A DNA stretch of 63,430 nt, counting the filler, from Dicyema japonicum (Eukaryota; Animalia; Dicyemida): the NCBI GenBank assembly GCA_011109175.1. It is 4 parts of 4 records of this genome, joined end to end, with 100 filler letters (N's around TTAATTAATTAA, not from the genome) between each part and the next. Parts side by side here need not be neighbours in the genome. Positions count along the whole stretch, not along the records: positions 61,577 to 63,430 come from RDEW01000150.1; 3 more parts are not named here. One strand, given 5' to 3'. Position numbers and translations under genes: made by a program. The notes beneath the pieces are model-generated. The model was not told the origin of the DNA. It made no database searches and saw nothing but the letters and a program-made list of their open reading frames with translations. Below are positions 61,827-63,430 of the stretch, piece by piece (the first letter of the stretch is position 1; each line of letters opens with the position of its first letter).

Positions 61827-63430
61827 CTATACCATTTTCCATGCTAAATGAGAATTGTTTCAAGCTAAATGAGAATAGTTTCAAGCTAAATGGAATAGTT
61901 TCAAGCTAAATGGAATAGTTTCAAGCTAAATGAGAATAGTTTCAAGCTAAATGATAATTATTTCAAGCTAAATGGAAAAATGTTAATAAATTGAAAATAA
62001 TGTTTTTTCGTTTTAATTTTTACATAATTTAAATTAATTATAGCTTTATTTAAGATTTTCTCCTTTTTTAGGCAATGGTGAGAAAAACTAAAGAAGCAAA
62101 ATTAGAACTGGCTATTAAAAAATCACGTATTTTTGATCTTTATAACACCGATGGAGATTGGCGACGTTTAGCCATTCAGCTTAATGTTCTTCAACCTACG
62201 GCCTATCGTTGGATAAAAATAGGAAACAAACCTGATTGTCGTGGAGGAGATTATTGTTCTAAAGTTACAGAAATTCATAAAATGGCAATGTGCAGTTACA
62301 TTGAAGTACGGCCTATCGTTGGATAAAAATAGGAAACAAACCTGATTGTCGTGGAGGAGATTATTGTTCTAGAGTTACAGAAATTCATAAATTGGCAATG
62401 TAAAGTTACATTGAAGAAAATCCTCTTATAAAATTAAGTGATTTGGTGGACAAACTTGCTGAATTTCATCAATTGGCTATATCAAAGAGCACAGCTTTTA
62501 GATATTTGGATGCAATGATCTATTCACTCAAAAGAGTACGGTTTGAACCTGAGAAAGCTAATAATATTGAAAATAAAGAAAAAAGAAAAGTTTTCGTACA
62601 AAGTTTATTAGCTTATCAAAGTCAAAATTTACCAATTCTTTTTATAAATGAGAGTAATCTCAATATCCATATCTCCCGATCTGAGGGGAGATCAATAAGT
62701 GGAACAAGGTGCACCGTTGCTGCGGCCGGATCAAAAGGTTATAATATTCACATTATGGTGTATTGGTTCACTTGGATTAATTCATTATGAAGCTAAAAGA
62801 AGAGCATTTTGTCGAGAAAATGCAATTGAATGGATGAGACCATGTTTAAGAAATGCCTACAATATCTACAGAAGATCTGTTGTTGTTGTCTTGGATGACG
62901 CCCTTTGCCATTCTCGTATTGAAGAAATTTTATTTGAAGAGGAATTTAAGATTCATAAATTTTTATGATTCGTACCTTACGGTCCAATAGTTAATCATAT
63001 TGAATATATATGGTCTGTAGTAAAAGCCGATGTAAAAAAAAACCTTGCTGAAAAAAGAGCTGATTTATTAAGTGTTAAACTTCGTGGAGCTTTATCAATA
63101 AGAGAATATCGTCTTCAATTTTTAGAAAGATTTATTGAAAAAGGAAAAAATTTAATCGTTCCTGATTTGTGTTGTAATTGTATTGCCCATATACAAGGAA
63201 TAGTACCGGCAGCATTAGCTTTAGAAGACATGAAATTTTAATAAATGATTTTTTCAAAAATTTAGAAATGTATTAACGTTTTTCCATTTAGCTTTAAACT
63301 GTTCCATTTAGCTTGAAACTATTATCATTTAGCTTGAAACTATTCCATTTAGCTTGAAACTATTCCATTTAGCTTGAAACTATTCCATTTAGCTTGAAAC
63401 TATTATCATTTAGCATGGAAAATGGTATAG
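61827..63430 (+). mobile_element. Tc1/IS630-like transposon with long TIRs built from 20-21 bp tandem units
   Basis: TIR CTATACCATTTTCCATGCTAAATGA matches the window end. Unit TTTCAAGCTAAATG(A)GAATAG. Disrupted transposase at 62075-63240 with HTH, LFINES, LDDALCHS and PYGPIVNHIEYIWS. Confidence 0.88.

Noticed and set aside
61844-61975. CRISPR-like array
   Set aside because: Contiguous repeats with no spacers, mirrored at the other end of a transposon. No cas genes, and the context is eukaryotic.

Overview
This is AT-rich eukaryotic (animal-type) nuclear DNA from a draft assembly with N gaps, three artificial TTAATTAATTAA linkers and frequent single-base indels, mostly in homopolymer runs. 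Host genes are split by very small GT-AG introns (21-39 nt in those I delimited), which resembles dicyemid mesozoans; that taxonomic call is inference. Recognisable genes are a 4-RRM RNA-binding protein, two inverted copies of ERCC1, a WDR64-like gene, MED31, PI4KB, ITPA, CWC15, an eIF2B-gamma-like gene, tRNA-Asn(GTT) and two orphan multi-exon genes inside a ~9.2 kb duplication. The rest is mostly transposon debris: CRE-like, RTE-like, Jockey/I-like and R4-like non-LTR elements, plus hAT, Tc1/IS630, pogo and Ginger-like DNA transposons. Main observations: (1) MED31 and PI4KB abut with no intergenic space and may share one first exon whose last base supplies the A of a split A|TG start, so alternative 3' splice-site choice would give two unrelated proteins; (2) a degraded endogenous Mononegavirales-like L polymerase gene is fused to a 5'-truncated LINE; (3) hAT and Ginger-like transposases carry host-sized tiny introns; (4) ERCC1 has a candidate GT-TG intron; (5) a 2A-like peptide precedes an APE endonuclease within the ERCC1 inverted duplication. 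All calls come from manual translation and recalled motifs; no database search was run.
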